Source of the DNA: Candidatus Hydrogenedens sp.
Lineage (GTDB): Bacteria; Hydrogenedentota; Hydrogenedentia; Hydrogenedentales; Hydrogenedentaceae
NCBI GenBank assembly: GCA_049968235.1
Contig: JBMFRC010000013.1
Span: 18,422 to 82,421, forward strand
DNA length: 64,000 nt
Direction of reading: 5' to 3'
In this document: positions 19,461 to 29,514 of the stretch, piece after piece
Position numbering within the stretch: position 1 is the stretch's first letter
How the letters are laid out: each line of letters begins with the position of its first letter
Program-made: the position numbers and the translations under genes
The notes under the pieces: generated by a model
The model's database searches: none
The model's input: only the letters and a program-made list of their open reading frames with translations
What the model was told of the DNA's origin: nothing

Positions 19461-20951
19461 ATGAAATATTTCTTGAACAAACAAAACCCGATGTTATTTT
19501 CTATTTCTTTGTTTTGTATTACAGTTCTGACACTAACTGCTTCCGCGAAGAATCTCGCAGAAGGTCTTGCTGATGTTAAGAATCATACCGCACACCGCAT
19601 ATCCAGTTATGACCGCACAGGTGGCAATGCGGATGGAATGCAGGAAAAACCCATTGCAATAGGTGAAACAAGAACATTAGCAAAAATTGAAGGGGCGGGA
19701 GCCATTACTCATATCTGGGTTACCATTTCAAGTAAGGATAAATACCACTTAAAAAATTTGGTATTGCGTATGTATTGGGATGATGAGACAACGCCTTCTG
19801 TGGAATCGCCTATTGGCGACTTCTTCGGACTTGGACACGGGCAATACTATACATTTAGCAGTTTTCCTATTCAGATTGGAACATCTAACGCACTCAATTG
19901 CTTCTGGTATATGCCCTTCGCAAAAGGAGCTCTTATTACTATCACCAATGAGGGGACCGATGTATGCGGTGCTTTTTATTATTACATTGATTACAATGAA
20001 TACGAATCTATTGATACACCTCTTCGTTTCCACGCACATTACAGACAGGAATATCCCTGCACGGAAGGTAAAAATTATACTTTCCTCGAAGCACAAGGGA
20101 TGGGACATTATGTTGGTGTGAGTTTATCCATTCACAATCGTGCCGATGGTTGGTGGGGGGAAGGCGATGATATGTTTTTTGTTGATGGTGAAAAAGAGCC
20201 CTCCTTGCATGGAACAGGTTCGGAGGATTATTTCTGCGGAGCATGGTGTTATGGTCCTGCTTTCAGTTATCTGTTCTTTGGCTGCCCTCTTCGTGGGGAA
20301 CATAAAAAAGGCGAGAAATGGAATGTGTATCGTTTCCATATACTCGACCCTATTCCTTTCAAAAAGTCCATCGTCGTAAATATAGAACATGGACATGCCA
20401 ATGACCGCTCTGATGATTTCAGTTCAGTAGCCTACTGGTATCAAACGGAACCGCATGTTCCCTTTGAACCGTTACCTCCTGCAGAAAAAAGGCTTCCGGA
20501 AAAAGTGGCTTCTCAGGCAATACATTTTGAGCCCGGTGCTTTTGAGTTAGAAGGGGGATTGGTCGCTTTCCAGAATGCCGATAATACAGTTGTAGAACAG
20601 GATTTAAGCGGTTTTGGAAATGAATGGAGCAATAACAAACAATTATGGTTTACACCGGAAGGTCCTAAAAATTACTCTACAACGGTAGATGTCCCTTCGG
20701 ACATGGCAGGAGAGAAGAAAGTAACACTCTGGTACACCAAAGCACCGGATTACGGACAAGTTCAATTGTGGGTTAACCAGCAAAAAGTGGCAGAATGGGA
20801 TGGTTATAATGAAGGGAAAGTAGTTCGTGCATCTATTCAGTTTCCCGTAAAATTAGTAGAAGGTCCAAATATCCTTGAATTGAGAATCGTTGGTAAGAAC
20901 GAAAAATCTACCAATTATATGGCAGGTTTGGATTGCATTAAAGTTGAATAA
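19461..20951 (+). CDS. secreted DUF2961 / GH172 family protein
   Basis: start moved to ATG 19461 (AAGGAG 8 nt upstream, signal peptide); blocks WGEGDDMFFVDGE and GTGSEDYF match my recollection of the DUF2961 signature. Confidence 0.55.
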   Translation: MKYFLNKQNPMLFSISLFCITVLTLTASAKNLAEGLADVKNHTAHRISSYDRTGGNADGMQEKPIAIGETRTLAKIEGAGAITHIWVTISSKDKYHLKNLVLRMYWDDETTPSVESPIGDFFGLGHGQYYTFSSFPIQIGTSNALNCFWYMPFAKGALITITNEGTDVCGAFYYYIDYNEYESIDTPLRFHAHYRQEYPCTEGKNYTFLEAQGMGHYVGVSLSIHNRADGWWGEGDDMFFVDGEKEPSLHGTGSEDYFCGAWCYGPAFSYLFFGCPLRGEHKKGEKWNVYRFHILDPIPFKKSIVVNIEHGHANDRSDDFSSVAYWYQTEPHVPFEPLPPAEKRLPEKVASQAIHFEPGAFELEGGLVAFQNADNTVVEQDLSGFGNEWSNNKQLWFTPEGPKNYSTTVDVPSDMAGEKKVTLWYTKAPDYGQVQLWVNQQKVAEWDGYNEGKVVRASIQFPVKLVEGPNILELRIVGKNEKSTNYMAGLDCIKVE

Positions 20952-20985
20952 TTTAAATTAAAAAGGTATTTTTTCATTCTTTTAG

Positions 20986-21006
20986 GGAAGATGCCCACTT
21001 CCTTTT
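20986..21006 (+). terminator. possible rho-independent terminator (GGAAG-loop-CTTCC-TTTT)
   Basis: short hairpin plus T-run 35 nt after the GH172 stop. Confidence 0.3.
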
Positions 21007-21039
21007 ACATGAATAATATGCTCTAATGAGGTTATTTCC

Positions 21040-21501
21040 ATGAGTAAAAAAAGGATAGTTGTTGCTGGTGGTGTAGTTGTTGATACACAAAATAGGGTAC
21101 TTCTATTAGAGCGTAATGTAGTTAGAAATAATAAATATATAAATGAGATACGTTTACCTAAAGGACATGTAGATAAGGGAGAAACACATGAAAAATGTGC
21201 CTGTAGAGAAGTAGGCGAAGAAAGCGGGTATTGGGAAACCGAGATTATTGCCGATTTAGGATACGACCTGAGTAAATTTAAATATCAAGGTAAAAATATT
21301 ATACGAATTGAGCATTATTTTCTTATGAAAACAGAACCTGACAATAAAGGAAATCCCTCACCTATGGGGGACGAGGAAGCCCTTTTCCATACTATCTGGG
21401 TCCCCTTAGATACAGCAGAAGCGATGATGACTTACCCATCGGAAAGACACTTCATCCGTCGTGCCAAAGAATGGCTAAAAAGTCAGACCAGAAAAGTCTG
21501 A
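21040..21501 (+). CDS. NUDIX hydrolase
   Basis: Nudix box GHVDKGETHEKCACREVGEESGY. Confidence 0.75.
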   Translation: MSKKRIVVAGGVVVDTQNRVLLLERNVVRNNKYINEIRLPKGHVDKGETHEKCACREVGEESGYWETEIIADLGYDLSKFKYQGKNIIRIEHYFLMKTEPDNKGNPSPMGDEEALFHTIWVPLDTAEAMMTYPSERHFIRRAKEWLKSQTRKV

Positions 21502-21523
21502 ACTGTCCTATCTGTTCGAACCA

Positions 21524-22414
21524 CTAAATTAAAACGCCATCTTCCCAGCCTAATTTAACCAGTTCTATACGGTTATCATCGGCATTTCCCAGATGATATT
21601 TGTCCTGTGCCACCTGTATGTGATGAGGAGAAACAGCGAAAGGTTGTTCATTACCAAAATATTGTAATCGTTTTGCTTTTAATATTCGTAATCCTGTGGC
21701 ATCACAAGCAACTGGATCCGTGCCAATAACCAACCCCTGATAGTTCCATGTATACTCCTTATTATAGTGATGCGGTCCTTTCCCATGAAACAACGGGGTA
21801 ATCATAACAAGAATATTAAGTCGTGTTTTCCCTTTAACAATCGGCAGATCCCATAATCCTGCCAAATTTGCGCACGAATCCGCATGCCAGGTTGGAGGTT
21901 TTTCAGAAAACATAATGTAATTTTTCAACAGACTGCCAACACCTGCCCAATGATGTGTCCGCATGGGACGAACATTAATTAATGCAGTACTATTCTGGAA
22001 AATAGGATTTCGTAACACTCCACGGTCATCAACGGAAACTTTATCCGATGGCACCCCTGCCGATAGCACTCTGGTTTTTAAAATATCTTCCAGTTCGACA
22101 GGAGTACGAGGTGGCCCCGATACATTGCTTTTAATACCTACAATATCTTCAGGCTTAATTACCTTCTTCCAGGCTTCTTCAGGGGTAGTTGTTTGAAATA
22201 GATTTTTCACACCTTCATCAACCATTTTTTCCAGAACGGTTTTATTGATATTTCCATCTGCGTCCAGCAAATCCTTATCCCGTATAAGAACAACACGGGA
22301 TTTTTCTCCTGCTTGCGGAGATTGTGACTCGGAACTATAATGTGGTATGCCAAACAAGAATGCCGTGCCTAAGGCTCCTGTCTGTAAAAACTTTCTGCGA
22401 CTCGTTTTAATCAT
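21524..22414 (-). CDS. Tat-signal secreted protein of unknown function
   Basis: N-terminal SRRKFLQTGALGTAFLFG twin-arginine motif; family not recognised. Confidence 0.5.
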   Translation of the reverse strand: MIKTSRRKFLQTGALGTAFLFGIPHYSSESQSPQAGEKSRVVLIRDKDLLDADGNINKTVLEKMVDEGVKNLFQTTTPEEAWKKVIKPEDIVGIKSNVSGPPRTPVELEDILKTRVLSAGVPSDKVSVDDRGVLRNPIFQNSTALINVRPMRTHHWAGVGSLLKNYIMFSEKPPTWHADSCANLAGLWDLPIVKGKTRLNILVMITPLFHGKGPHHYNKEYTWNYQGLVIGTDPVACDATGLRILKAKRLQYFGNEQPFAVSPHHIQVAQDKYHLGNADDNRIELVKLGWEDGVLI

Positions 22415-22425
22415 AATTCTGGCTC

Positions 22426-23367
22426 CTATCGTTTTATCCTTGTTTCTATATCTTTAACATATAAGTCTGCAGTCTCTCTTTTCTTCCAATCGATAATCAA
22501 TATAAGATATTTATCACGGGAATGTATAAGTATCGAATTAAAGCCAAATTTCTTACTTCTTTCCTCTTTGCCCATTTCCTTTTCAGATTTATCAATAAAA
22601 TTTTTAAAATTTTGACCGACAAGCAAAGCCTTTTTCTTATCCTTATAACGAACAAGGATTATTTGAAACCGTTCATCCTGTTCAGGTAGAAAATAGCGAA
22701 CTAAAATTCCTTCTGTATCCTTGCCCAACTGCAATATATTTTCATCTGTGATGAAAAAGTGCACCTTTAAAAGGTCATAATCCTTAAAATAATGCACATG
22801 ACTTTTAACCTGTCCTTTTTCAGGGAGCAGATGTATAATTTCAGGTGGATTTCCTTTTTTGGGTATTTGATGGTCAATTATTTTGCCTAACTCCATTACT
22901 GTCTGATTTATCTCCGGAGAATCGCCCATTCCTACAATGGATATGAAATAACGGTCCTTCCAGAAAGCAAGTGAATTATTCATTCCTTCCGACTCAACCC
23001 CTAAACCCACATCTTTCTGGTCACGAATGTCATGATGATAGGCACCATACGCTAATGCGGAATTGCCCATATCAAAAATATCCATAAAAATCTCTACTTG
23101 CTGAGGATTAGACCAGCGATAAGCCAACACCTCTCTTACACCTAAGGAACGATAAACTTCTGCATTCCCATCGATATAATCGTATAACGTTTCCGAATCA
23201 TAACGGTCCGGATTTGTCTTTTCTAATTTCCATTGATTTACATTTTCCGGAAAAGAAAATACTATTGTTTCTTGTGTATTTTTATTTGTTGAATTCATAG
23301 TGGCACATGAAATACCTAAACATAGACATAAACAAACCATACATATTTCTATCTTTATTATATGCAT
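22426..23367 (-). CDS. hypothetical secreted/lipoprotein
   Basis: hydrophobic Cys-containing N-terminus; 11-nt gap to the downstream Tat protein suggests co-transcription. Confidence 0.45.
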   Translation of the reverse strand: MHIIKIEICMVCLCLCLGISCATMNSTNKNTQETIVFSFPENVNQWKLEKTNPDRYDSETLYDYIDGNAEVYRSLGVREVLAYRWSNPQQVEIFMDIFDMGNSALAYGAYHHDIRDQKDVGLGVESEGMNNSLAFWKDRYFISIVGMGDSPEINQTVMELGKIIDHQIPKKGNPPEIIHLLPEKGQVKSHVHYFKDYDLLKVHFFITDENILQLGKDTEGILVRYFLPEQDERFQIILVRYKDKKKALLVGQNFKNFIDKSEKEMGKEERSKKFGFNSILIHSRDKYLILIIDWKKRETADLYVKDIETRIKR

Positions 23368-23672
23368 TCACACAAACTTCCTAAAAAATTTATCTTGTGT
23401 CATTATACATCAATTCTTTAATTTTATAAAAGGAATCTGTTTCCCTAAAATTAAAATGAACATTATTTAATAACAATTTTTTATTGCATGAAGAATAAAT
23501 AAGAAATAGAAAGAAGGGAAAGAATTCTTATTAACACACATTACGATTGAGCGAATTTGTGGTTTATCATATAAAGTATTATTTAACTACCGTTCGGTAC
23601 TTTTTTAATAATACCTTATATTTCATTACAAATAAAATGGTAAACTTTCAACGAATTACCTGGAAATACAAA

Positions 23673-24050
23673 TTATTTAGCAAACTGCATATCTGAATAT
23701 GTATTATCATATAGATTGTTTCGGAACTTGGTCCCATATTCCTGTTCATACCAGGAATTAAACACATGGGCATACTTGATTATCCAGTCGTATGTAGCTT
23801 CAGTTCTAACATTTCTCCCCTGCTTTTCAGATTCAATCCATATATGTTTTTCTATCTCCTGTTTCTGGAGAATATTTTTGTGCAAGACCTTGATGTGATT
23901 CGGTGAAAATTCACATAAGTACCTTATCATTTCATCAATTATGTAGTTTTCAAGGGGGAAATTAAAAAACTGGCGAAGATTACATAAGAATAGTTCACGA
24001 TTACAACCTACGGATAAGAATGCTCTACCGTAACAACATTCACTATCCAT
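23673..24050 (-). CDS. hypothetical small Cys-rich protein in AT-rich islet
   Basis: 125-aa ORF flanked by about 300 and 170 nt AT-rich non-coding DNA. Confidence 0.3.
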   Translation of the reverse strand: MDSECCYGRAFLSVGCNRELFLCNLRQFFNFPLENYIIDEMIRYLCEFSPNHIKVLHKNILQKQEIEKHIWIESEKQGRNVRTEATYDWIIKYAHVFNSWYEQEYGTKFRNNLYDNTYSDMQFAK

Positions 24051-24223
24051 AAAACATACTCCTTTATAAAAAATAACATTATGAAAACATATATATAATC
24101 TATCAAAATTTTATACTAAATTCAACATTATTTGTCAACAATTATCAATAAATTTTTCCCATACTTTTGGTTAATTTTGTATTATTTCTATAAGTCGTTG
24201 ATATACCGCATATTATAACATTT

Positions 24224-25798
24224 CTATTGATGTGTCGTTTTTATAATTTTACTGTCGAGTTCTGCTATCCCTGCAATTTTTAACCGCCCTTTGTTAAGAC
24301 TTATTGTGATTTTGATTTTTTTGAATAACTTAATTTTATTGAATAAATCATTTATTTTTTCCGGGTTTTGAAATTGTAATACATTTGATTCCATTAGAAC
24401 TGCGACTGCATTGTTAATTTCTGTAATAAGTTTTTCCGGTTTCACCTGTAGAATCAATGAATAATTACCTTCAGATAAGGTGTTCTTATTTTTTATATGT
24501 TCTATTATCTGATTTTGTAATTCTCGGTTATTCGCAAATAGCAAAGAATCTTCTGCACACTGGATATGTAAATCTGTCTGAGAACTACCAATAAGAGGGA
24601 CAATATATTCATTGGAATTGGGAGAAGAAAGAGCCTTATTTTTCTCTCCAAGAACAATGATGGTAGGGTCGATAATTGCTTGAACAATATCTTCGCACAT
24701 ATTGGGGTTTGTTTTTGCAATAACACAATATCTGGGTATAAAGGGAATAATTTCATCTGTATAAAAAGAATCTACCGCAATATAAAACTCATTATTAACA
24801 AAAGGAGAAAAAGATTTTAACCAGTCTGCAAAGGGAATTTCTGTTGGATTGGTAAAGGGTTGTATAAGACTGGCTTTTGGTATGGTTTCAAAAGCACGGA
24901 GCCATGTTTTAATCGGTACACCTGTGTTAATAGAACAAGAAAAAAGTGTATCTACAGGTTCCTGTAAGGGGGATGAGACAACTTCCGAAAGTAAAATTGT
25001 CCACGGTGTTTCCATATCCGGAGTTATTTGTGTTTCACATTTAAGTCCCAATTGGTCTCTTGTTAAGGCAAGATAGAAATAAATTTGAGAAAAGAGTCCC
25101 TGAAAATCCTCATGTTGAGGTGTGAAAGTTCCCCATGCTAAATGCCTTTCCTGATTCCTCATGAGTTCAGCAGTGATGACTGTCTCTGTTTTTTTGTCTC
25201 CCTTTTGTGTTATGGATTGCACCAGTGTTTCGCGATTGGGTGATAAGAGCAGGACCCTTCCCTTACGTGCATAATATAATTTCTGTTCCGGTAGGTACCG
25301 CAGATTTAGACCACCTGCCCAATCTACTTCTATAGGCTGTGTCCATGAATAAAGTTTTTCAATAACACAACCAATGCATGATAGCCGAACAATTAACAGG
25401 GCATCTTCAAATGTTTTCAGGTCGTTCACAGAAAAATAGAAAAAGTCATAAATAAGATGTTTTATTACCCATAAAGGTATTCGTTGTTGGTCAGATAACA
25501 ATTTCTTTACTTCAAGTATCATTGAAGAAGGTTCTGCCAATTCCCAGAGAGGAGAGGCTATAAGGGTCTGGTAATTCTGCATAATTTGTGGACTGAAAAC
25601 TTGAAAGGCAGGTGCATTAGGAATAAATCGTTCCACAGGATATATATCTCTTGTTGACCATGTGAACCAGACGAAGAAAAGGAAAATAATCAGGGTAAAT
25701 AACTTCAATAAAAACTTTAAAAAACTTTTTTTAGGTCTTCGCCTTCGCATACCAGATACACGATATACACGCATAGTTTCACTCATAAAAATAATCAA
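24224..25798 (-). CDS. membrane-anchored hypothetical protein (N-terminal TM, large extracytoplasmic domain)
   Basis: Arg-rich stretch then one TM helix; ATGA overlap with upstream ceramidase-fusion gene. Confidence 0.5.
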   Translation of the reverse strand: MIIFMSETMRVYRVSGMRRRRPKKSFLKFLLKLFTLIIFLFFVWFTWSTRDIYPVERFIPNAPAFQVFSPQIMQNYQTLIASPLWELAEPSSMILEVKKLLSDQQRIPLWVIKHLIYDFFYFSVNDLKTFEDALLIVRLSCIGCVIEKLYSWTQPIEVDWAGGLNLRYLPEQKLYYARKGRVLLLSPNRETLVQSITQKGDKKTETVITAELMRNQERHLAWGTFTPQHEDFQGLFSQIYFYLALTRDQLGLKCETQITPDMETPWTILLSEVVSSPLQEPVDTLFSCSINTGVPIKTWLRAFETIPKASLIQPFTNPTEIPFADWLKSFSPFVNNEFYIAVDSFYTDEIIPFIPRYCVIAKTNPNMCEDIVQAIIDPTIIVLGEKNKALSSPNSNEYIVPLIGSSQTDLHIQCAEDSLLFANNRELQNQIIEHIKNKNTLSEGNYSLILQVKPEKLITEINNAVAVLMESNVLQFQNPEKINDLFNKIKLFKKIKITISLNKGRLKIAGIAELDSKIIKTTHQ

Positions 25799-28167
25799 AT
25801 CCCTGATTCTATGGATATAAATTCTGAAGGCTTTCCTTCATTATCTCTGACTGATAGCCAGACTTTATTTTCCGTCGGTTCAAAGATTACACTTAAACGA
25901 CTATTCCCATTCCATATTTGGGAAGGAGAACTATCTTGATTATCGGAAGATGTCATAATCGTTTTGAGTTCTTCCGGACTAATAATCCGTTCATCTTCTA
26001 TTTTTTTTATGAGATTTGAATATCTTTTTACAGTAGATTCCGAGGCAGTTGCAATGGAACCACAACCCAATAAGATACCCTGTTTAGAAAGGTCCTGAGC
26101 AATAGTATCTTCCGGTTTGAGCGAAGGGAATAGTAATGCAGACCATTTCCCTTTATTATCCTTCCCTGCAAGGAGTACATGGTATGCTTGTGGGATAATT
26201 ATTTTAGATATTTCTTCCACTGCCGACTCGAGGGTATTACATGTAGATAAAATATGTTTCATTGTAAATTCAGGACCCGGCGTATCCTCCGATAGATTTG
26301 TTTTTATAGAGGCATCCCGAGTTATAGACAAAACGATACCAGATTGATTCATCCCACATAGGGTTCCATCAAACCATGGAAAACCAATCTCAATAAAATT
26401 TACTCCATGGACAGGTTTATGTCGGAATATAACCGGCAATTCATTTATTGCCCAATCAACCGTATGAGCAATAAGAATATCCTTTGCTCCTGCTCGTTCT
26501 CCCAAAATAGCAACAGCGGTGCATAAGGGCGTATCAAATAGCGGATTATAAGATTGAGCATTCTGTATATTTATAGCATTTTGAAGAAGCCAGATTTTAT
26601 CGAACGGCATTTCCGCACCATCAGATATGCCTATGAGTTCATCTACTATTTCTGGATGCAATTTCTTTGCCCATGGTCGGATGCTAATTGCCATAGCAGG
26701 CAAGATTAAAGAACTAATATTTATCCATGATGATGGGATGAAGGAAAAGAAACCCTGTTCTGGCAGGTATCGTCCCTCCAGTATAGGTCTTTGTATTAAT
26801 TCATCAAATCGCTTCTGAATCTGCTCCTTTGAAAATTGTCCCCTTGCCGAACCTCTTTCGTAAGAAGTCCCCGATAGATTTATAATGGAAATGGAACCTA
26901 TCTTATCGATTTGAGGAATATCCACGGGAGTAATCTGTAATTCCGGCTTTTCTATTCCTATTAAAGATAAACATGTATTCAAGACCCACTTTTCTGCCTG
27001 AGGCCCAAAAAAATGAGCTCCTGCCTCGTATGTTTTATCAAAAAGGAGATGTTTCGGTACAAAATACACCAGATAATCATTTGCCAGACCCACTGTGAAA
27101 TGTGCTTTAAATCCTGCCTCTAACGCATGTTCACGAAGTTGGAGTGCGTATTCCACACACACTTCTCCGGGGAAAAAGGAAATAGCCAAACCATTTACCT
27201 GGAGTGAATGGAACAGTACCTTTTCCGGGAAAAAGGTCGCTATACTTATGGGTAGAGGTATTTCTTTTGCTGTTAATTTTAATTTTGCATCGGAAAGAGG
27301 AACACTTTTCTGTGCTTCATAAACACGCCGTGCCAAAATCCTCCCTACTTTTTCAGTTCGAGCCCAGCCGGAACTTTGTTCGGGGGCTTGAATAGTCTGG
27401 TTCCCTTCTGCACCGTTCAGAAAGAATGGGACACAACCCGGTGAAGATAACTGTTCTATTTCAAGATAGTAATATCCCGGATAATCGGAAGAGAAGGAAT
27501 AAAAATCCTCATCCCCAATGGATGTGGGATGCCCTGCCATATTGGCAATTATTGCAATCTCATTCCCGTTTGCATCTTCAATCACAATAAAACCAATTTG
27601 CGGGTCCATCGGACCTACCGGATAACGGCGATTGCAGGTTAAATCGTTTTGCTGAATACTCCCATACCCCAATACAGCATTTTGTGCTTTCTCTTTTGCA
27701 TCGCGAAGTGCCTGACTGATAATACGTGCTGTGCGTTCTACAAGTTCGGGGATATATCTGCCAGAGACAAAGCGGATAGGATAATTTTTGCACATTCCCC
27801 CAAAACCATTGTGGGTATGGGTCGCAGTCATAATAATATTTTGTGACGGGAAATTTTCAGGTGCCATAATAATAACTTTTTCTCGCAGTTCTCGGTCAAT
27901 AACACACAAATCCAAACTAACGAGAAATAGTTCTGTTTCATCATCTGCAAGATAAAGGACATGCGCCCACAAGGGGTCATGAACTGCTCTCGCTCCTTTT
28001 CCTAATCTCGCACCATAACCATTCAGAGGAACACCTAAATCCGGGGTAATTTCAACTTTAACCGCTCCTGCTTTAAGAGCCTCCGTACAAAATGGATAAA
28101 ATAACAGCAAAGAAAATATAAAACAGATAATAAAGACTTTATTTAAAAAGATACTCTGCTTTTTCAT
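25795..28167 (-). CDS. secreted fusion protein: neutral/alkaline ceramidase N-domain plus C45 (isopenicillin-N acyltransferase-like) Ntn-hydrolase domain
   Basis: N-terminal half has the ceramidase Zn block TATHTHNGFGG and GYGARLG; C-terminal about 360 aa begins GTSYERGSARGQ...(compare IAT GTPFEIGYEHGS) and carries the Cys nucleophile context PLCTAVAIL (IAT DGCTTAYC). Confidence 0.65.
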   Translation of the reverse strand: MKKQSIFLNKVFIICFIFSLLLFYPFCTEALKAGAVKVEITPDLGVPLNGYGARLGKGARAVHDPLWAHVLYLADDETELFLVSLDLCVIDRELREKVIIMAPENFPSQNIIMTATHTHNGFGGMCKNYPIRFVSGRYIPELVERTARIISQALRDAKEKAQNAVLGYGSIQQNDLTCNRRYPVGPMDPQIGFIVIEDANGNEIAIIANMAGHPTSIGDEDFYSFSSDYPGYYYLEIEQLSSPGCVPFFLNGAEGNQTIQAPEQSSGWARTEKVGRILARRVYEAQKSVPLSDAKLKLTAKEIPLPISIATFFPEKVLFHSLQVNGLAISFFPGEVCVEYALQLREHALEAGFKAHFTVGLANDYLVYFVPKHLLFDKTYEAGAHFFGPQAEKWVLNTCLSLIGIEKPELQITPVDIPQIDKIGSISIINLSGTSYERGSARGQFSKEQIQKRFDELIQRPILEGRYLPEQGFFSFIPSSWINISSLILPAMAISIRPWAKKLHPEIVDELIGISDGAEMPFDKIWLLQNAINIQNAQSYNPLFDTPLCTAVAILGERAGAKDILIAHTVDWAINELPVIFRHKPVHGVNFIEIGFPWFDGTLCGMNQSGIVLSITRDASIKTNLSEDTPGPEFTMKHILSTCNTLESAVEEISKIIIPQAYHVLLAGKDNKGKWSALLFPSLKPEDTIAQDLSKQGILLGCGSIATASESTVKRYSNLIKKIEDERIISPEELKTIMTSSDNQDSSPSQIWNGNSRLSVIFEPTENKVWLSVRDNEGKPSEFISIESGI

Positions 28168-28297
28168 AATAATTTCTCATATCTATAATCTCTTATTGTA
28201 TCACTGATGATAAGCAATAAGCGACTATATTACAGATGAAACAAATTCGCGAGAAAGATGCCCAACCGTCAACAGATTATCTTTTTATTAGCCTACA

Positions 28298-28705
28298 TTA
28301 ATGATGATGATTACATGTCAAACCCTCTTCATGCTTCAAAGAACCTTGAAGAAAAAGAGTAAGGGCTGTTTTTATATCTTTTTCTGATGTGATTATCGTT
28401 CTTATATTAGCAGACTCGAATCTGCTTTTCATCCCGTATCCCATTCCACCCGCAATTACCACATCAATATTCGCAAATCTTTGTGCTACTTGTTCGTGCG
28501 TATCTATAGAATGATTATGCTCATGGGAATGCGGTTGTGAATGTTCTGAATCATGAGAATGTTGGGCATGCCCGGTAATTGTATTCGGGATATACTCTTC
28601 ATTTACGATATTACCGTTCTCAATCTCGACAATTAAAAAACCTTTCGTTCGCCCAAAATGTGCTGAAATTGTTTTTTTATTATTTGTTGGAATAACAACT
28701 TTCAT
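28298..28705 (-). CDS. NifX/NifB-C-like (dinitrogenase FeMo-cofactor biosynthesis fold, PF02579-like) protein with His-rich insert and C-terminal CNHHH
   Basis: MKVVIPTNNKK..AHFGRTKGFLIVEI and ..IDVVIAGGMGYGM blocks; insert HAQHSHDSEHSQPHSHEHNHS. Confidence 0.6.
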   Translation of the reverse strand: MKVVIPTNNKKTISAHFGRTKGFLIVEIENGNIVNEEYIPNTITGHAQHSHDSEHSQPHSHEHNHSIDTHEQVAQRFANIDVVIAGGMGYGMKSRFESANIRTIITSEKDIKTALTLFLQGSLKHEEGLTCNHHH

Positions 28706-28738
28706 AATAGTTCCTCTCGAATTTCAGATTAGTAATTT

Positions 28739-29065
28739 TTACAGTTCTATGTTTTTCACCTTTGAAGCATGCAGGATGTTCCCTCTGGAACTGCGATAAA
28801 ATGCATGGGGTCCTCTACCACAGCGACATGGACCGATATAAGTCCATTCGGAAGATTCTGTTGTTTCGTTCGACAAATTGCTTTCCGGTGGGTTATCTGC
28901 TGGATTGTTCGGAGACATCCATCTCCAACCTTGACGATAATAACCCGGTGAAGATAATCCGGGGGTCGGACTGTTAGTAGACATCCATCTCCGACCTTGA
29001 CCACCACCGAAACGGAATTGTCCACGATTATTAAATGAATTAGCAAAATTTCTTTGGGTTCTCAT
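28739..29065 (-). CDS. small Arg/Gly/Pro-rich protein with internal tandem repeat (RRWMSTNSP / WRWMSPNNP) and CRCGRGPH motif
   Basis: AAGGAG SD 8 nt before the ATG; DNA-level direct repeat GACATCCATCTCC(A/G)ACCTTGAC about 75 bp apart; overlapping alternative-frame ORFs reflect low complexity. Confidence 0.45.
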   Translation of the reverse strand: MRTQRNFANSFNNRGQFRFGGGQGRRWMSTNSPTPGLSSPGYYRQGWRWMSPNNPADNPPESNLSNETTESSEWTYIGPCRCGRGPHAFYRSSRGNILHASKVKNIEL

Positions 29066-29089
29066 TGTTAATCTCCTTATTATTAAAGT

Positions 29090-29485
29090 TCATTGTTTAC
29101 TTTCATTTTTATTCCGGTCTGATTCTAAAAAATAAGCCTTCTGTTTACAATGCCTATGGCAATGTCTACCACCACCACGCTCCTTCTGTCTGCAAACAAA
29201 ATTGACAGGTCCCCCCATTATCCGAATGGGCTTCCCCTCTACAATAGCACCAACAATCTTCCTGCGTGCCTGCTCAATGATTCGTGAAAATGTGGGGCGT
29301 GAGACTCCCATTTCTTGCCCCGCTTCTTCATGATACATTCCCAAATAATCAGCGAGACGGAGTGCTTCAAACTCATCCAGAGAAAGCACTACTGGCTCTC
29401 TTTCCATTCCTCCCTGTTCACAAGGAATGAATTCCTTAACGGGCGGGCATGCATTCAATCTTCGGGAACAATAGGGTCTTGCCAT
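29090..29485 (-). CDS. DUF134 (UPF0251) family predicted DNA-binding protein with Cys/His-rich C-terminal tail
   Basis: Cys-containing N-terminal block (YCSRRLNACPP...FIPCEQ) plus sigma-70 region-4-like HTH (LSLDEFEALRLADYLGMYHEEAGQEMGVSRPTFSRIIEQARRKI) typical of DUF134; tail CRQKERGGGRHCHRHC. Confidence 0.6.
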   Translation of the reverse strand: MARPYCSRRLNACPPVKEFIPCEQGGMEREPVVLSLDEFEALRLADYLGMYHEEAGQEMGVSRPTFSRIIEQARRKIVGAIVEGKPIRIMGGPVNFVCRQKERGGGRHCHRHCKQKAYFLESDRNKNESKQ

Positions 29486-29514
29486 TATAATTCCTTTTTA
29501 ATTTTCACGATTCA

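Noticed and set aside
21501-21530. tRNA-like GTTCGAACC motif
   Set aside because: no acceptor stem or other arms could be folded around it
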